DNA of 64,000 nucleotides. Origin: Podospora anserina. Its lineage: Eukaryota. Each line of letters starts with the position of its first letter. The first letter of the stretch is position 1. Location of the stretch: NCBI GenBank assembly GCA_017654855.1, contig CM030338.1:496001-560000 (forward strand), in the 5' to 3' direction. The translations under genes and the position numbers were made by a program. This document shows positions 36,201 through 49,436 of the stretch, one piece after another. The notes beneath the pieces are model-generated. The model had not been told where the DNA came from. It searched no databases and saw nothing but the letters and a program-made list of their open reading frames with translations.

Positions 36201-37104
36201 TTAGAAGTAGCTCTGGTCAATGACGGCAGGTCCGGGGACCTTGTAGGTACCAAAGTCGCCCCAGATGTTGATGAGAATACCAGCTGTAACACAATCAATC
36301 ATCAGCACGAATGAGGCGAGAAAACAGCGCAAGAGGAGAAGAGTTCACTCACGGTCAGAAGCGCTGTAAGCACCCGGAAGCCTAACACCAGCAGGAAGCT
36401 GACCGCTGCCGCTGTTGGCAACTCTAACCTGGTAGCAGCTCATGTAGAACTGCGCACCACCGCTCGAGCCGGCGGTATGAAGAGCGATGGCCTCCGCTCT
36501 GACGAGGTAGTCACCAGCGGGGATCTTGCTGGGGATCTTGAACGTCCGTTTGCCGCAGTTCTTGTTGAGGGTGTCGGTGCCCCAGGTCTTGCTGCCGGCG
36601 TCGTAGCCGAACTCGTCGACCTTGAACCACGAGGCAGAGGCGCCATCGGCCGTCTTGGCGTCGTTGACCTTGGCCATGTAGACGATGACGGGGCCGAAGT
36701 GGTTCCCGCCGATGGCCTCGTTGGCGCAGGAGCGGTCGTTGGGCTGGGCGTGCATCTCGACGAAGAAGGAGTCACCGGCTGGATGGAAGTATCAGCATTC
36801 GGAACAGGAACACTAAGGTATGAGAGACATCAACGTACCGCTCACCTCGCAAAGGCCAGCAACGCCGCGCGAACCACCGACATTGCAGGCAAGATCAGAA
36901 CTGCCAACGCTGGTGACGGGAGAGTTGTTGGGCTAATAGATGATGTTAGTCACCGGGGCACAGCTAGGGGATTGGAAAAGCTCATACCGGCATGCGAGTG
37001 CATGATGTGCCGAAGTCGATCGATCCACTGCCAGCCTGTTGGAAGATGCTGTGGGCAGCAGCCAGGGGGGCGAGAACGCCAGCGGCGACAAAGACAGACT
37101 TCAT
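36201..37104 (-). CDS. AA9 lytic polysaccharide monooxygenase without a CBM; introns 36987-36933, 36838-36779, 36352-36284
   Basis: Signal peptide MKSVFVAAGVLAPLAAA followed by His1 (HSIFQ). 'HFGPVIVYM', 'WFKV', 'YLVRAEAIALH..GAQFYMSCYQ' and 'DPGILINIW..YKVPGP'. Confidence 0.95.
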
Positions 37105-37191
37105 GTTGGTGGTTCCTCGGTTGAGATGTCTAGATGAGGGAGGCTGCTGAGTTACTCGTGCTCAACCTCGCACAGAGACGACGATAGCAGC

Positions 37192-37198
37192 TTTTATA
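37192..37198 (-). promoter_or_regulatory. Candidate TATA box of the AA9 gene
   Basis: TATAAAA on the minus strand about 90 nt upstream of the ATG. Confidence 0.55.
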
Positions 37199-38189
37199 TC
37201 CCTTTCGATTCCTCAACACCCATCCTCATCAGTCGGCCCTCCGCCAACCTCACCCACAATTTCACCGACTCGCATCACCCTCGATATTAGATCTACCGCT
37301 CCAACGGGCCGCAGATTCAACATCCAAGCCTCGCCCGTGCCCAACTTCCTCAATAGGAAGTCTACCAGTACTGTTGATCAACATCACCTATGCCAATCCA
37401 GCCCATACCTCCCGCCCACATCATTCTCGGCACCAGCCGGCCAACCACTCCGCCAACAAGAAATATGAACCTGGTTTCCCTCATGCCTTGCAGCAGACAA
37501 CAACCGTTCGTTGTTTATCTGAACCATTCCCGTCCCCACAAAAGTCCACCCAACCCGCAATGCAACGCCGATCATTCTCGGTACTACATCCTCCATGATC
37601 CATCTGGGACCCGATCTTCAAAACGGCCGACCAAGACACAAAAGAATGACGATATACCCGCTTCTTGGGTAATTTATCCCGCACACGTACACACTTGCAC
37701 AAGCGGAAGACGGCGCCGCAACCGAAAAAAGCGACAACCGAGATCCATCCCCATGCAGCTCTCTACCGTCCCGCGTACCGGACCAGTGCCGTCCGCGAAT
37801 AAACCCCAGCTTGGCAGATTATGCGATGCCGTCTTGTTTGGTGAGTCGTCAGCAAAAAAAAAAAAACCGGTGGGTCGAGATCAGATCGTGGGGAACATAG
37901 TCCCGAAAACTACGTCAATGGGGAGTGGTTAGTAAGTTATGCAAGAAAAAAGGACCGAAAGAGGCTGACGATTGCAAACAGACGAAGAGATGATGTTGCG
38001 CGCGAGAAAAGACCTGTTGAACCTGGTCAGCCTGTGGTTCAATAATGAGCCATTCTCTGGGTTGAATTTGCAGGAGGACGTCAATGAGCCAGTCTTTGTC
38101 CAAAAAAGCAGTCATGAATTGCAAATGTATCGCAGTATGTGGTATCACCTCCCAAGCTGTCCCCCTCCCCACCTTTCACCCCAGTCCTC

Positions 38190-39988
38190 TTACGCTCTCC
38201 TCCCAGTCAAGAGATCCATTTCTTCCGGCCTCACCCTCTTGGTCTTCTTGAGCAACTTCCATACCAAAATGTTCACCAGATACACCACAATGCCGATGTA
38301 GCTCGTCATAAACTTGTCGATCTGGAACTGGGGGATGAAGGCCGAGTACCCGCTAAAGATAATAACCAAGATGGTAACCCCGAGCGCAATGTAGGAGCCC
38401 CATGGCAAGAGAGGGTTGCGGTAAGGCATGATCTCTCGTGGGATGCCTTGCACCTTCATGGCTCTGATCATGGAAATGTAGCTAACCAACACGGCGACCC
38501 AGTTCAGAGCGCCAAAGACGGTGACGAGCGAGACAAAGTATCCAAACACTGTCGCGGCATCCTTGGTGGCGTTCATGAAGCCGAGGGCAATAAAGATGGA
38601 GGAGAGGGCTACTGCGGGAATGGGTACGCCACGCTTGTTGGTGCGCTCCATAATCTCTGGTGCTTGTCTGTCCTTGGCCAGGGCCCAAACAGTGCGTGAT
38701 GCGAGGTAGATATCCGAGTTGGCGGCACTGATCGTGAAGACTAGCAGCATTCCGTTGACGGCATCGGCGAGCTTGGCCACACCGGCACGTTGAGCTGCAA
38801 CGGTAAAAGGGGAGGCCACTGTTTCTGGTCAGCTTGGCAATTTCAGCACGTATATGGGCCACAACTTACATCCGCCAATCCTCTCCCTTGTCGCCCTGAG
38901 CAACTCGGGACTGTTGTACGGGACGGCCATCCCGAGGACCAGCACACCGGCGACGTAGAAGAAGACGATTCTCAGCAAGGTCTGGTTCACAGCCCTCGGC
39001 ACGTTCTTTCTCGGGTCAGGCGTCTCGCCAAAGGCCACACCCACCAGCTCAGTGCCCAAATACGCAAAGGTTGCCTGCACGATGCAAGCCCAGACACCCA
39101 AGAATCTGCCGGTCGAGCCATGGACGTAGAAGTAGTCATCCTTCCAGCGCACATTGTACTCAGCAAATGCCCCCGGGTCGGTCCAATACCAAAAGCCTGA
39201 TCTGAACCCCGAGGGACTGCCGCCCAAAGATAGAATGAAGCACATCAGAATCAGCATAATGATGACCAGCGCCTTAGCAAGCGACATCCAAAATTCTGCT
39301 TCGCCAAAAAATCGTACGTGGATCAGCTGTGCCTCGGTGTCAGTCTTTCTCTCATGTCTCTTCCTGTCCCAGGACGAGCACTCACATTCAGCAGTATAAT
39401 CACCACCCCAAACACCACAATCCACACACTGACATTCAGATCCTCGACCCAATACTGCAATATGATGCCCGTCGCCGTCAGATTATTCGGCAGCACAATC
39501 ACGTATTTAAAGAAGTAATTCCACCCCGTCGCAAACCCCATGGCCGGGTCGACAAACCTCGTCGCATACCCAGAAAACGACTTTTTGTGCGGCAGCCAAG
39601 CACCCATTTCACCGAGCGCGACCATGACGACGTAGACGACGAAGCCCATGAGGACGTAACCGATGAGGAGGGAGCCGGGACCAAACTTTAGTGCTGTGCC
39701 AGTGCCGATGATGAGACCAGTGCCAATTGCACCTGCGATGGCCATCATGTCTGGGGAATTACTTGTTAGCACTAAAAAATTGGGAGGATAACACAGGAGG
39801 AGAAAGAGAGGCATACTGAGTTGTCTAGGCCGCATCCCGCGATGCAAATCATCCGGGCCCTCCACGCCCTCGTCCACCATGCCGGCTTCCTCGCTGCTGC
39901 TGACATCTTGGGCGCCTGGTGCGGTTGCTGGAGGGGGGGAGTCGGGGTGTTTCTCGTCGAGGGCGCGTTTTCTGAAAAAGGCGGCCAT
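38190..39988 (-). CDS. APC-superfamily amino-acid permease (DIP5-like); introns 39816-39751, 39385-39327, 38869-38819
   Basis: 'MRPRQL-NMMAIAGAIGTGLIIG', 'FFGEAEFWMS', 'FAYLGTELVG..GETPDPRKNVPRA', 'ASPFTVA' and 'SAANSDIYLASR'. Confidence 0.93.
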
Positions 39989-41068
39989 GTTGGCGAGGCA
40001 GATGCGAGTTCCTTTTCGCCTACTCGTGATGGTTGCGCAAAGGGACGGGGAGAGGGGAGGGGGAAAAAAGACAAAAGGACGGAGAGGGTGATAAGAAAGG
40101 CAGATAGATTGACGAGGTCGGAATCTCAAAAGTAATATATTTTTCCTACTGGCTGCTTCCCCGCCTCTCTCTGTCGGGTTTGCCAGATGATTGTGACTTG
40201 GTGCGACCTACCTACTTGGACGTGGATTGGGATGTGTGTATGGCCTCCCCCGCCAATACCCGTCGTCAATGGGCAGGGCTCGGTGTGCCGAAAGGGAAAG
40301 AAGGCTCAGATGTGGAAGTAGCATGCACATCAGGTCAGGGGGGCGCCTTGGACCTGACAAGGGCAGGGCAGCCAAAGGGGAGAGACACCGCCAGACCAGA
40401 TAAGGAAAAGATGGACCAGGGAGGGATGTTTCTCATGTTTTTGGCTGGTGTCCTACTTTCATGGAACGGCCAGGTTTGGTGGGACCCAACCATCATGAGG
40501 TCTGGCTCGGTGATAAGATGGGGGTCAGTATCTCCCCGGCGAGATCATTCCGAATCAAGTCATTCCGAGGGCCGTTGTCGTGAGGGGAGGGGTCTCTGTG
40601 GCGTCAGTGTTGCTCGTGAGTTACCTGGGTGTTACATTCTAGATCGGTCAATGGGTAGCTGTGTCAGCAAGCAAACAGAGCCAAGGGCCTGGGCCGGCGG
40701 TAGAATCGCAACCTACAGTGACGATGGTTTGTCGTCGGTTCCCAATTCAGTCTATCCCTCCGCTCCCCCGGCAGTGAACATCACATCGTTGCGGCGCAGC
40801 TTGGCGAATCGAAACAAGCTTTGATAGCGCAAGCTTGGCCAAAATCAAGCAAATGCCCAGAAAAAAAAACGGGCGGGGGCGTTCGAAATTCTGGCCAGCC
40901 ACACAGCCACTTGTAACGCTAGGCCCGGAAAGGAAGGTAGCTCAACAATCACAGCCGTCATCAACCGACAGACGGGGAGTACAGCATTCCAAATAGCTTG
41001 TTTTACGTCTTGATACAAGACCGAAGGCATCTCCAAGCCCAAAATTCTGCTTCAAAATCTTCTCATGG

Positions 41069-41614
41069 CTACAGCTGCGGCGCAGCAGCAACAGACAACC
41101 GTCTGTGTAGCCGCATGTTCACCTCGGCGTAGTCAACCTCATCCCCCTGGGCCGTAATCAACCCATATCTGACGAAAGGGTCAACAAAGACGGTTGTAGA
41201 GCTGCGCTTGGATTCTCTCCGAAGCAGAGCCGCCTTGTCCTCCTCGGGTGTCAAAAGGTAAAACTCCTTCACCTCATCAATATCGATAGTTTCGAATGGT
41301 GAAGTGCCAGCAGTTACTCCGCCAGCAAAACCGTGCTATCCAACATACCTATTGGGGCATATGCTGATGATTGTGCTACAACGAGGGACCCGGATCTTGA
41401 TGACCCTGGTCGTGCCAGTGTACACTTTTGATTGTTGGCCACGACTACTCCCTGATATACTTGCTGAGGTCGAGTGTTTAACTGCTGGTGGGGAAAGGTT
41501 AAATGCGCGGGCCTCACAGTATGAAAGCTGGCGGGAGGCGAGAGTCAAATGGTGCATTTCGGTGCAGTTCAAGCTAGAGACCTCCCTTGGATAAGGCTGG
41601 TAAACAGCTGGCAC
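41069..41614 (-). pseudogene. Coding-like frame interrupted by a single TAG at 41338-41336; further relic sequence upstream to about 42300
   Basis: ORFs 41336-41614 and 41069-41272 are in the same frame, linked by 21 open codons (HGFAGGVTAGTSPFETIDIDE). Confidence 0.35.
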
Positions 41615-42489
41615 ACCGGCTGCGTAAATTTATGGCTCTCGATGGGATTAAATACTTTCTTTGACCTCTCCCAGCAATGAATTACGCCCGCATTCCTGTG
41701 GATTGCTCTGCCGTCGGCCTTTTTCTGTTGAGTTTAGGAATCCAGAGAGTTGATTTTAAATAACTCATGCAGTACTTTGCCTGCGGGATACAGGTGCCTA
41801 AAGAAGGATAGATACAGGTATTGAGCAATACCTCCCAAGCCCACCATAGCACTGATTATATTACCGAGCCTTGATAGCATCCAGACCGAGCTTTTATGAC
41901 ATTAGGTTCTATCCCAGACCACCTTATCTGAGCTTCTAGAAGACCCAGTCCAAGCTTGAATAGCTTATCCCAGCTCTTATCATTCTTGTTGTGAGGTGAG
42001 GCTCCCTGGCATACCAACACATTGGAAAGGGGTCTGAGAACGTGGATGTTGTATCTATGCATCTGGGCATTGAGAATCTGTCACTCGTGATAGTTCGTTT
42101 TTGGCGGAAGTATAGTTGTTTGTGTCGAGGTAAGGTACTGTATTGCGAATCCCACTTTGGCAAGACCCAGACACCGGTTCCATGCTCTCTGGCTGGTTTT
42201 TCTTAGGGCTTTGTTGATATGAATTCCAGGTTTCCTACGAGTTTCATCCATTTTCGTGACTTGTGAGAATTCGTCATGTATTTCATGATCTTCTGGTTCA
42301 GATCGTCAGATATACATTTATATATTCCAACATGTCCAGATCATGAGCCATGACGCCCAGTGTGGAAGAAGTAGATGTATTATGTATATAGTATTAACAG
42401 ACGATATATACTAGATCCCACTGTCCATGCCCCGGACGGTAACATCCAACAGCTGTTGCGCCCCACCCATCCTTGATGCGTTGCCCAGT

Positions 42490-43656
42490 CTACACAGCAA
42501 TGGCCTTGAAGTCATCGGCGTAGAAATAGAGATACGGCGTGGCGCCGGAGTTGCGGAAGCGCACCTCGACCTCACCCTGGCCCGTGGCGTCTGTGGTGAA
42601 TGTGATGCCGGTGGGACGGTAAAAGGCAGCGCTGTTGTAACATTGGTTGACGCTACCGATGACACTGCCCTTGTACAGGATGTCAATGCTGGTGCCGGCG
42701 TCATAGTTGAGGCAGCGATACAAGAAAGAGAACGCATAAGTGGTTGACGGGCGTCCGACGAAGGTCTCGCGTATGGCGACGTATTTGGAACCGGTGGTAG
42801 GCGGGTAGGGGCGGATGACAACTTGGCCGCCTGCACAGTAAGAGCCACCCGAAATGCACGGGTTCACGCCGTTCACGACATCAAGCCTTCCGCCGGTAGA
42901 ATCCCTTGTATCAGTCCATGGGAGAATGTTGCCGGTCCTCAAGTAGTCCTCGAACCCACCGTTGACGATGATGTTGGCGGGGATCGTGACGGCTGGGGCG
43001 GCGACGGAGACGGTAGCCACCACATTGTCCGTGACAGTCTCAACAACGGTGCTCTGTATTACCATGGAAGTCAACAGACGTCCAGAGAGAACAACGGGGC
43101 GGAAACACGACGAACCTCGGCCTCAACAACGGCAGTAGAAACAGCGGTCTCAAACACGGTCACGGTAGACGCGGTAGCGGTTGACAGAATGCAGCTGCAG
43201 GCCTTGCTGATGCGATCATCGTTGGACGAACACTGGGAGGCAATGACATCTGTCGGGTCGGGCAAGGCTGGATCAGCTTCGGTGATGGTGGGAGCTCGCT
43301 TCTGGTAGATGGTCGAGCGTTCGCTGCCAGTCCTGCATGGGGATGTGTGTGAGCAAAAGATAAGTATTCATGTACTGGAGGAAGCAGACCACGTACACTG
43401 TAAATGTTGCCGTGGTGACAGTGAGTGTCGTTAAGGCCGTCTCGACATTGAGCAAAGTCGATGTGACCGTCTCGACCTCGGTGACGGTGGTGGTAGCGGG
43501 TTCCAAGGCCAACCAAGAAGAGCAGAACGACTCTCCGAACGCAGGGTCGGCAGCAATAGCACCCAAGCACTTGTTGGAGCCGCACTTGTTGGTACAAGCC
43601 GCGTTGGACACGCCGGCCAGGACGCCGGCGCTGGTGAAGAGCAACCAAGACCTCAT
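42490..43656 (-). CDS. Secreted Cys- and Thr-rich protein with a C-terminal carbohydrate-binding-like (CBM4/9, CenC-type) domain; two introns
   Basis: Signal peptide MRSWLLFTSAGVLAGVSNA, 'CTNKCGSNKCL..FCSSW', a KR site, 'ISKACSCI', Thr/Val linkers and 'NIIVNGGFE..W..YADDF'. Introns 43396-43333 (GTACGT..CAG) and about 43116-43054 (GTTCGT..CAG). Confidence 0.8.
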
Positions 43657-45341
43657 ATCGTCTGTCCAACTACCCGAGGTAGTTAGGTTGATGTTGTTGT
43701 TTGAAAACGAATGTAATTGTTCAAGAAGAACTACGAAACAGAGGGCCAAAAATGAGTGACGCGGAGAGGAACTCTGGAGGATAAAGGACAAGAAAACAAA
43801 AACATGATGGACTTTTTGCCACTTTTTAATCAAGCATCAATGCCTGCTCTCTTTCATGCAGTTTCAAATGCACTATTGGGGGGCTTAAAATTTGATGGAT
43901 CTATTTGAGCCGCACTATTGACGTCCTGGCTGTAAACAGTCATGCACCGACAGCCGCTCAGCATGTGCCACCCCGGGATCAAGCTGAAAACCCCCTGGGA
44001 TTTTGATCGGTCTGGATCGTGACAGGGATCCGAACCTGGAGTGTCCCATCATCCGGCCAGTCGGAACCGAGACCCACCCACTCCACCGGGCCAGCCAGCC
44101 ACCACATCGACATTGGACTTTTTTTTGTGCATCACAAACATGGCATTTGCGCTCTGTCAATTCAACCAGCAGTCTTGGCTGAGATTCTGTGTTGTTGGAA
44201 TCTCGGGCCTCTTCCATCCTCCCCTGGCCGTGCACCAAATCCCCTCACATCCGCAAAAGCAGGCGCGTCATGTCAAAGTTGGGCCCGCAAAATCTTGAAG
44301 GAAGCTCCAGAGGACAAGCTCCCACTGTGGCGGCGATGTTTATCCTGGTTTCTGTCTCGGCTTGGACGAAACAGGGTGGGGGGCGGGCGGGAGGTCACCG
44401 AGCTCAGATTGCTGAAGAATTTGCATGTATCTCTCTGCCAATAGGCCGTGGAGACGGACTTACCGGCGATACATTTTTAGGGGACTCCGGGATAGGTGTC
44501 TGGGAGCCTGAGAAGCATGTTTCCCGACACTTTCTTTGCCAAGGTTGGCGAGAGGATTGTAGTCAAACTCCAAGATGGAAGGTTCAAAAGCAGATACATC
44601 GTGAACGTTGCTTGCCGAGGATTGCAAGACGCGGGCGGTACCTTGCGTAATTCGGACCAAAGAGAAATATACCAGGCAGGTAAACTTGGGGAATGACAGA
44701 GATAAACAATGGCGGCCATACCTCTAAAATCCGGTTCTGATGGCTTTGCGGATGGTAGTTAAGGTACCTCCATTTACTTTCAAAGCATACCGTCGTTGTT
44801 TTTGGGTTCGATGTTGAGGCTGAGTTGAACAGGAAGAATGGTTACAGGGAGTTCTCCCGCGAAGTGAAGGAAAAGCTAGTACGGATAGGTAGGTAGGTAG
44901 CTATATCCGACTTTAGCTCCGGGTCACAGGTTCAGTCATCTGATCTTCTGGCATGTATACACTCTTGTTGTGCAGCTACCCACCCTGCTCTTTTGCTGTC
45001 TTGCCCCAGCCTCAAAGCAGAGAGCGGCATTTCTTTAATCTGGTTTTGGATGAGACTACAAAGAGCATTACAGCCGCTTGCTGTTGTGGCTATTGTCCAT
45101 CTCATGTTCGTGACATTTGTTTGCTTTCTATACAGCCTTCTCTTTGTCGAACGTTGGGGGGATATACCCCTGGTGGTTGCTGGGCCAACGCTCCACGAAC
45201 AGCATCGCGCCAAGCCACCACCTCTTGTCCAAACTTAGATTAAGATACGAGGAAAAGAATAAATAATAGGGTTGAAGTAAAGAATGTATTCTTATCGATT
45301 ATCTGTTACAACTTCCCCGCCCATATACTAGTCGTCCACAT

Positions 45342-46417
45342 TTAACCCCTGTTTCCTGGACTGGGAACGTGGAGCTTCAGAACCGGAGGGCTATTGGGTG
45401 GCACTGTAACTATGGTGGGTGGTGATGAAACAGGAAACTTCGAACTGTTAGCTCTTATCCCATCCGCAAACATCTCATTATGGGAACAAAAAGATAAGGT
45501 TGGTACGTACCGGCTTCTCGTCTCGCGACTATCACTGATGGTGAGGAACGTCCCCAGCGACAACACCCTTGAAGACTATAACTGATTCAATGCGAACCGT
45601 CCCCGGGGCGAAACCGCAAGACAGGCGTCTTGAAAAGGCCTCCCTCAAAGATAATGAAGACGGGTGCGACTTCCCGACTTCCGGGCCAGACTCCGTCAAT
45701 TGAATACAGGTAATCCAATCCGGGTCATCACTTGTGAGACCGTGCATGGCGGTTTTGTTGTACATAGCTGTTAGCTTGCCATGCAGGACCCGCGAGCCGG
45801 TGATTCTCGTGGATCTGCTGTATGTGGTGATGGGATGAACTGCAATAGTGGCTGGCCTCCCGTTCCGAGCGCGGCTTAGTCGCTCATCTATCCGATATGC
45901 CGGTCCACGCTCCTCGCCGAAGTAGGAATTGGGGGCCAGTTCGGTATCGTTCTCGTATTGTGCTATGTCACGCACAAACCGCAGAACCATGACAGAAAGA
46001 GCGCAACAGGCTGATTGTACGTTGCCATCGTTTTTACGACGGTGCTGAAACCCGCACCAGGAGGCTTGGGCAATTTTGCAACGCTAGGCTGCGGACAATA
46101 GCGACATCCAGTCCTTGTGCCCATGAGGTGCCGTCTCTGACAGCCTTCCAAAGGTCCGGCGACATTCTTCTCAGTCCCCCAGCCATAAGATCGCGGTGGT
46201 AATGGCAGGCTGCGAGAAGCCCCCAGGCACAATTGTGGAAAGTGTGATAGAAGATTCTTCTGGCAATGAGCTGAGAGCGGTAAGTCCCATTGGACATCCT
46301 GTCTACAATGCTTGGATCTTCATGACGTGGAAGAGTCAATGGTCGGTCGGGTTCGAACAGAAGTCCGGGCAGCTTGGCTGCCAACTCGCTGAGAAGTGTC
46401 TCGGACGGGGCGGACAT
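45342..46417 (-). pseudogene. Fragmented orphan gene relic
   Basis: Good start (ACCATGT, MSAPSETLL..). Consecutive protein-like ORFs 46034-46432 and 45532-45990 lie in different frames. A GTACGT..CTAACAG intron sits near 45510-45446. Confidence 0.4.
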
Positions 46418-47914
46418 GGTGCTGACGAGCAAGTCAAGAGTTAACTCAGATCGGTTCGAGGGTAAAGATGGAAGGTTGTACTTACGAGATGCATAACCTG
46501 GAAGTGGTGGAAAGTTGAGGTAGCCTTTTCTAATCGAAAATGGGTGCCGAGGCCGATTTCCAGTCTCGTGGTGGTCGCAGAGGTAGGTGTTGGGGGGGGG
46601 TTAGAAAAAGTGCCAGACTGTATCGACTGCGAGCTCCCACTGGCAGATTGTTCAGCAGCACTGACCGCACTAGGGCACTGTCCTCAATTTTGAAGCCCAC
46701 GAAATTTGAAATCTGAAAAGGCCTGCTGGGATGGAAGTCACTGTGCATTTTAACAAGTCGCAGTCAGGTAAGTCGTGTTGGCAGGAGCGTGGTTGGGCCA
46801 AACACCAGCACCAAAACACATGTTTCAGCTGATTAGAACCCTTTACAGGTGGTTGGTTTACTTTAACTTAGTAATGGTACCTCTCGGGCATGCATTCAAC
46901 TGTGACCTCGGTGGAAAGGCTGGCGAATTGGCACTGCCAGGGCAGCTGGGAGCAGGACCATAGACCTAGATAGCTGGAATGCCCGCTCCAACATCCAACA
47001 AATTGGAGAGCCCTTCTCATGGTACAGTGGTAAGTGGGAGCACATGCAGGCGCCCGCGCTAGTGCTTCCTTGTTCGTTCGAGAGTTTGAAACTTGGAGTC
47101 TGCGCTGCTTTTACATGCTATCTAGTGTGTACGAGTGGAAGCCAGCGTTAGGGAGTTGCCCCCCCCAGCTTCCCACTTACCTCGAATATTCCAGGTTCAA
47201 ATCCTGGGGTGAAGCATCAAGTCCTTGTTCTCCTTCATTTTTCTGTGTTTGTTTTTGTTTCCTTTTGTGTCACTCCTAGTTAAGGTACACAGGAAATTAT
47301 CATTAAAATAGTTTCAAGATGATACCAAAATAACCTCATGGTGTGGCAGAGGTATGTTCTACCCTGGTGTTTTTGTGTCAACTACCTCCTACATCTCTAT
47401 ATTACAAGCTTATTTATCTGCTTTACTTGATAATACCTAGGGTATGTATTTTATTTATGTATTAATAGATAATTTTTCCTTATAGTGAAACTCTTGTGAC
47501 TACGTGCATATACACACATTCGAGAGCATCTTGCAAAGGACACTCAATTCTCACACTTGGCTGATTGGATACTTCACAGTTCTTGTCGACATTGGTACCA
47601 TTCAAAGGCGCGTTAAGATTACAAAAAATATCCTAGTAAAACATTTTGCCAGCCTCTGCTTTTTCCAGACCCTATGGAGCACGAGGACCGGCTAGAACAT
47701 CGATAGCCTGACACGACTTCTCTCCTTCATCGCTTGCCCTCACCGACTACCTACTCCACACACGACTCGGGTATCATCAACACCAAAAGCCAAATAACAA
47801 AGAAAGCACCTATGCCCCAAGCCAAGTCAGCGGGAGCTCGATCAGCATCGAGACCAAGACAACCCACCCACCAGTTTCGATCACCGCCCCTCTCCTTTAT
47901 CCCCCATTCGGCAC

Positions 47915-48523
47915 CTAAGCCTGGGCCGTGATGACAGTAGTCGTCGCCCCCTTCACCACTTCCTCATCCTCCTTCTTCACACCGTCCTTCTCCCCGTCAT
48001 CCTTCTTGGTCGCCGTCTCCTCCCCCTCCGGCACAGCCTCCAGCTTGGTCTTCTTCGCCTTCTTCTTCTTGTCCTTCTTGTCGGCCGCGCCCTCCTCACC
48101 CTCAACGTCGCTTCCCTCGGTGTCGACCTTCTTATCGGCCGTCTTGACACTGCTGAGGCACCCAAACAGGGACTTGAAGATGGCGGCGACCTTCTTGAGG
48201 GGGTTCTTCTTCTTGTCTTTGGTGGACGAAGCAGAGGATGAGGAAGAGGATGACGAGCTGGAGTTTTCCTCGTCGTTGTCAGATTTCTTGGCCTTCTTCT
48301 CCTTCTTGGCCTTCTTCTTGTCGTCGGCCTTGGTCTCCTCGGTGGCGGCGGCCTCCTCAGGTGTGTTGACGGCGACGGCAGCGTCAGCAGTGGGGGCGGT
48401 GGTGGTCTCCTCCGTGGCAGCAGCAGCGGGCTTAGGCTCCTCATTGGCGGGAGCGGCGGTGGCAGCAGGAGGGACAGCGACACCGTCGAGCTTGAGCTCG
48501 AGCTTCTGTTGTTCTTCGGCCAT
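47915..48523 (-). CDS. 202-aa Lys/Glu/Ala-rich disordered protein of unknown function
   Basis: AAAATGG start after a CT-rich leader, with strong AAG/GAG/GCC codon bias. Confidence 0.8.
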   Translation of the reverse strand: MAEEQQKLELKLDGVAVPPAATAAPANEEPKPAAAATEETTTAPTADAAVAVNTPEEAAATEETKADDKKKAKKEKKAKKSDNDEENSSSSSSSSSSASSTKDKKKNPLKKVAAIFKSLFGCLSSVKTADKKVDTEGSDVEGEEGAADKKDKKKKAKKTKLEAVPEGEETATKKDDGEKDGVKKEDEEVVKGATTTVITAQA

Positions 48524-49436
48524 TTTTGGTGATGATGTGGGGAGGTAAAGACTGTGAGGGAGGAAAGTTCAACTCGAAGGCGAGTGTGAGAGCGGTGGAA
48601 AAAGGGAAAAGGAAAAGAAGGGAATGAAGGAATGAAGAAGATGGAGGAGAGAGCGAGTGAGAATGGAGGAATGAAGGAGAAGATGAAGAGTTTCTTTCTG
48701 CTAAAAAGGGAAAAAAGGGGGGGCTTTGCGTGGAGCCTCAATCTAACATCACCTTTTCAGTTTGTCATTGCTGCTGGGGCCCGCTCTCAGGCCTTCCCTT
48801 CTTTTGACCCCAACACTTTCATCAAGCACTTTCTTCACCACCGGCCGGCTGTCAAAATTACCATATCACGTATCGGCCAAATGGCTAATCTCGGTCGGGA
48901 GGTTACGAAGTAGAGACTCTGTACCTAGCGTTCGTCACGCGAAACCCAAGCGGCGGCAACCTTGGAAATTGGATTTCGGGGTGATACCGACACGCCGCTG
49001 CCATCTCGGCAAACAAAATGTTATCAGCTCTCGCAATCTCACACAGGTCGACACCACCGTCTCACCGATACCAGCCCAGCAGAACGCAATCTGGCACGGA
49101 CAGGCAGTGCGCGCCCAGCGACAGCTCCCACGTTGCGGTTGACACCTGCGCCAAGCCCGACATTGCGGGCGCTATCGCCATGTCAATATTTGCCAAGAAA
49201 ATGGTTCCAGAACACCGCCCGAGCCCCTGGACCCACCTCTCACGGCGGGTAAACCCCCCCGGGTCGGGGCCCCCGATCGCGTTAGTCAGGGGCATTGGCC
49301 TCGTCCGTCCGATTTCGATCGTGGCAGACCCAAGATCGCGGATTAACAAACATGATCGTCGCGGGAAGAAAAATGTTGAACGGCGTGGATGGTGATCATT
49401 TATTTGCGTGTGGTCGATCCAAGTTATATGCTGTCA

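Noticed and set aside
47390-47490. AT-rich patch as a RIP-mutated transposon relic
   Set aside because: Too short, with no termini or second copy in the window.
47928-48741. Antisense and alternative-frame ORFs over the Lys/Glu-rich gene
   Set aside because: Low-complexity shadow frames.
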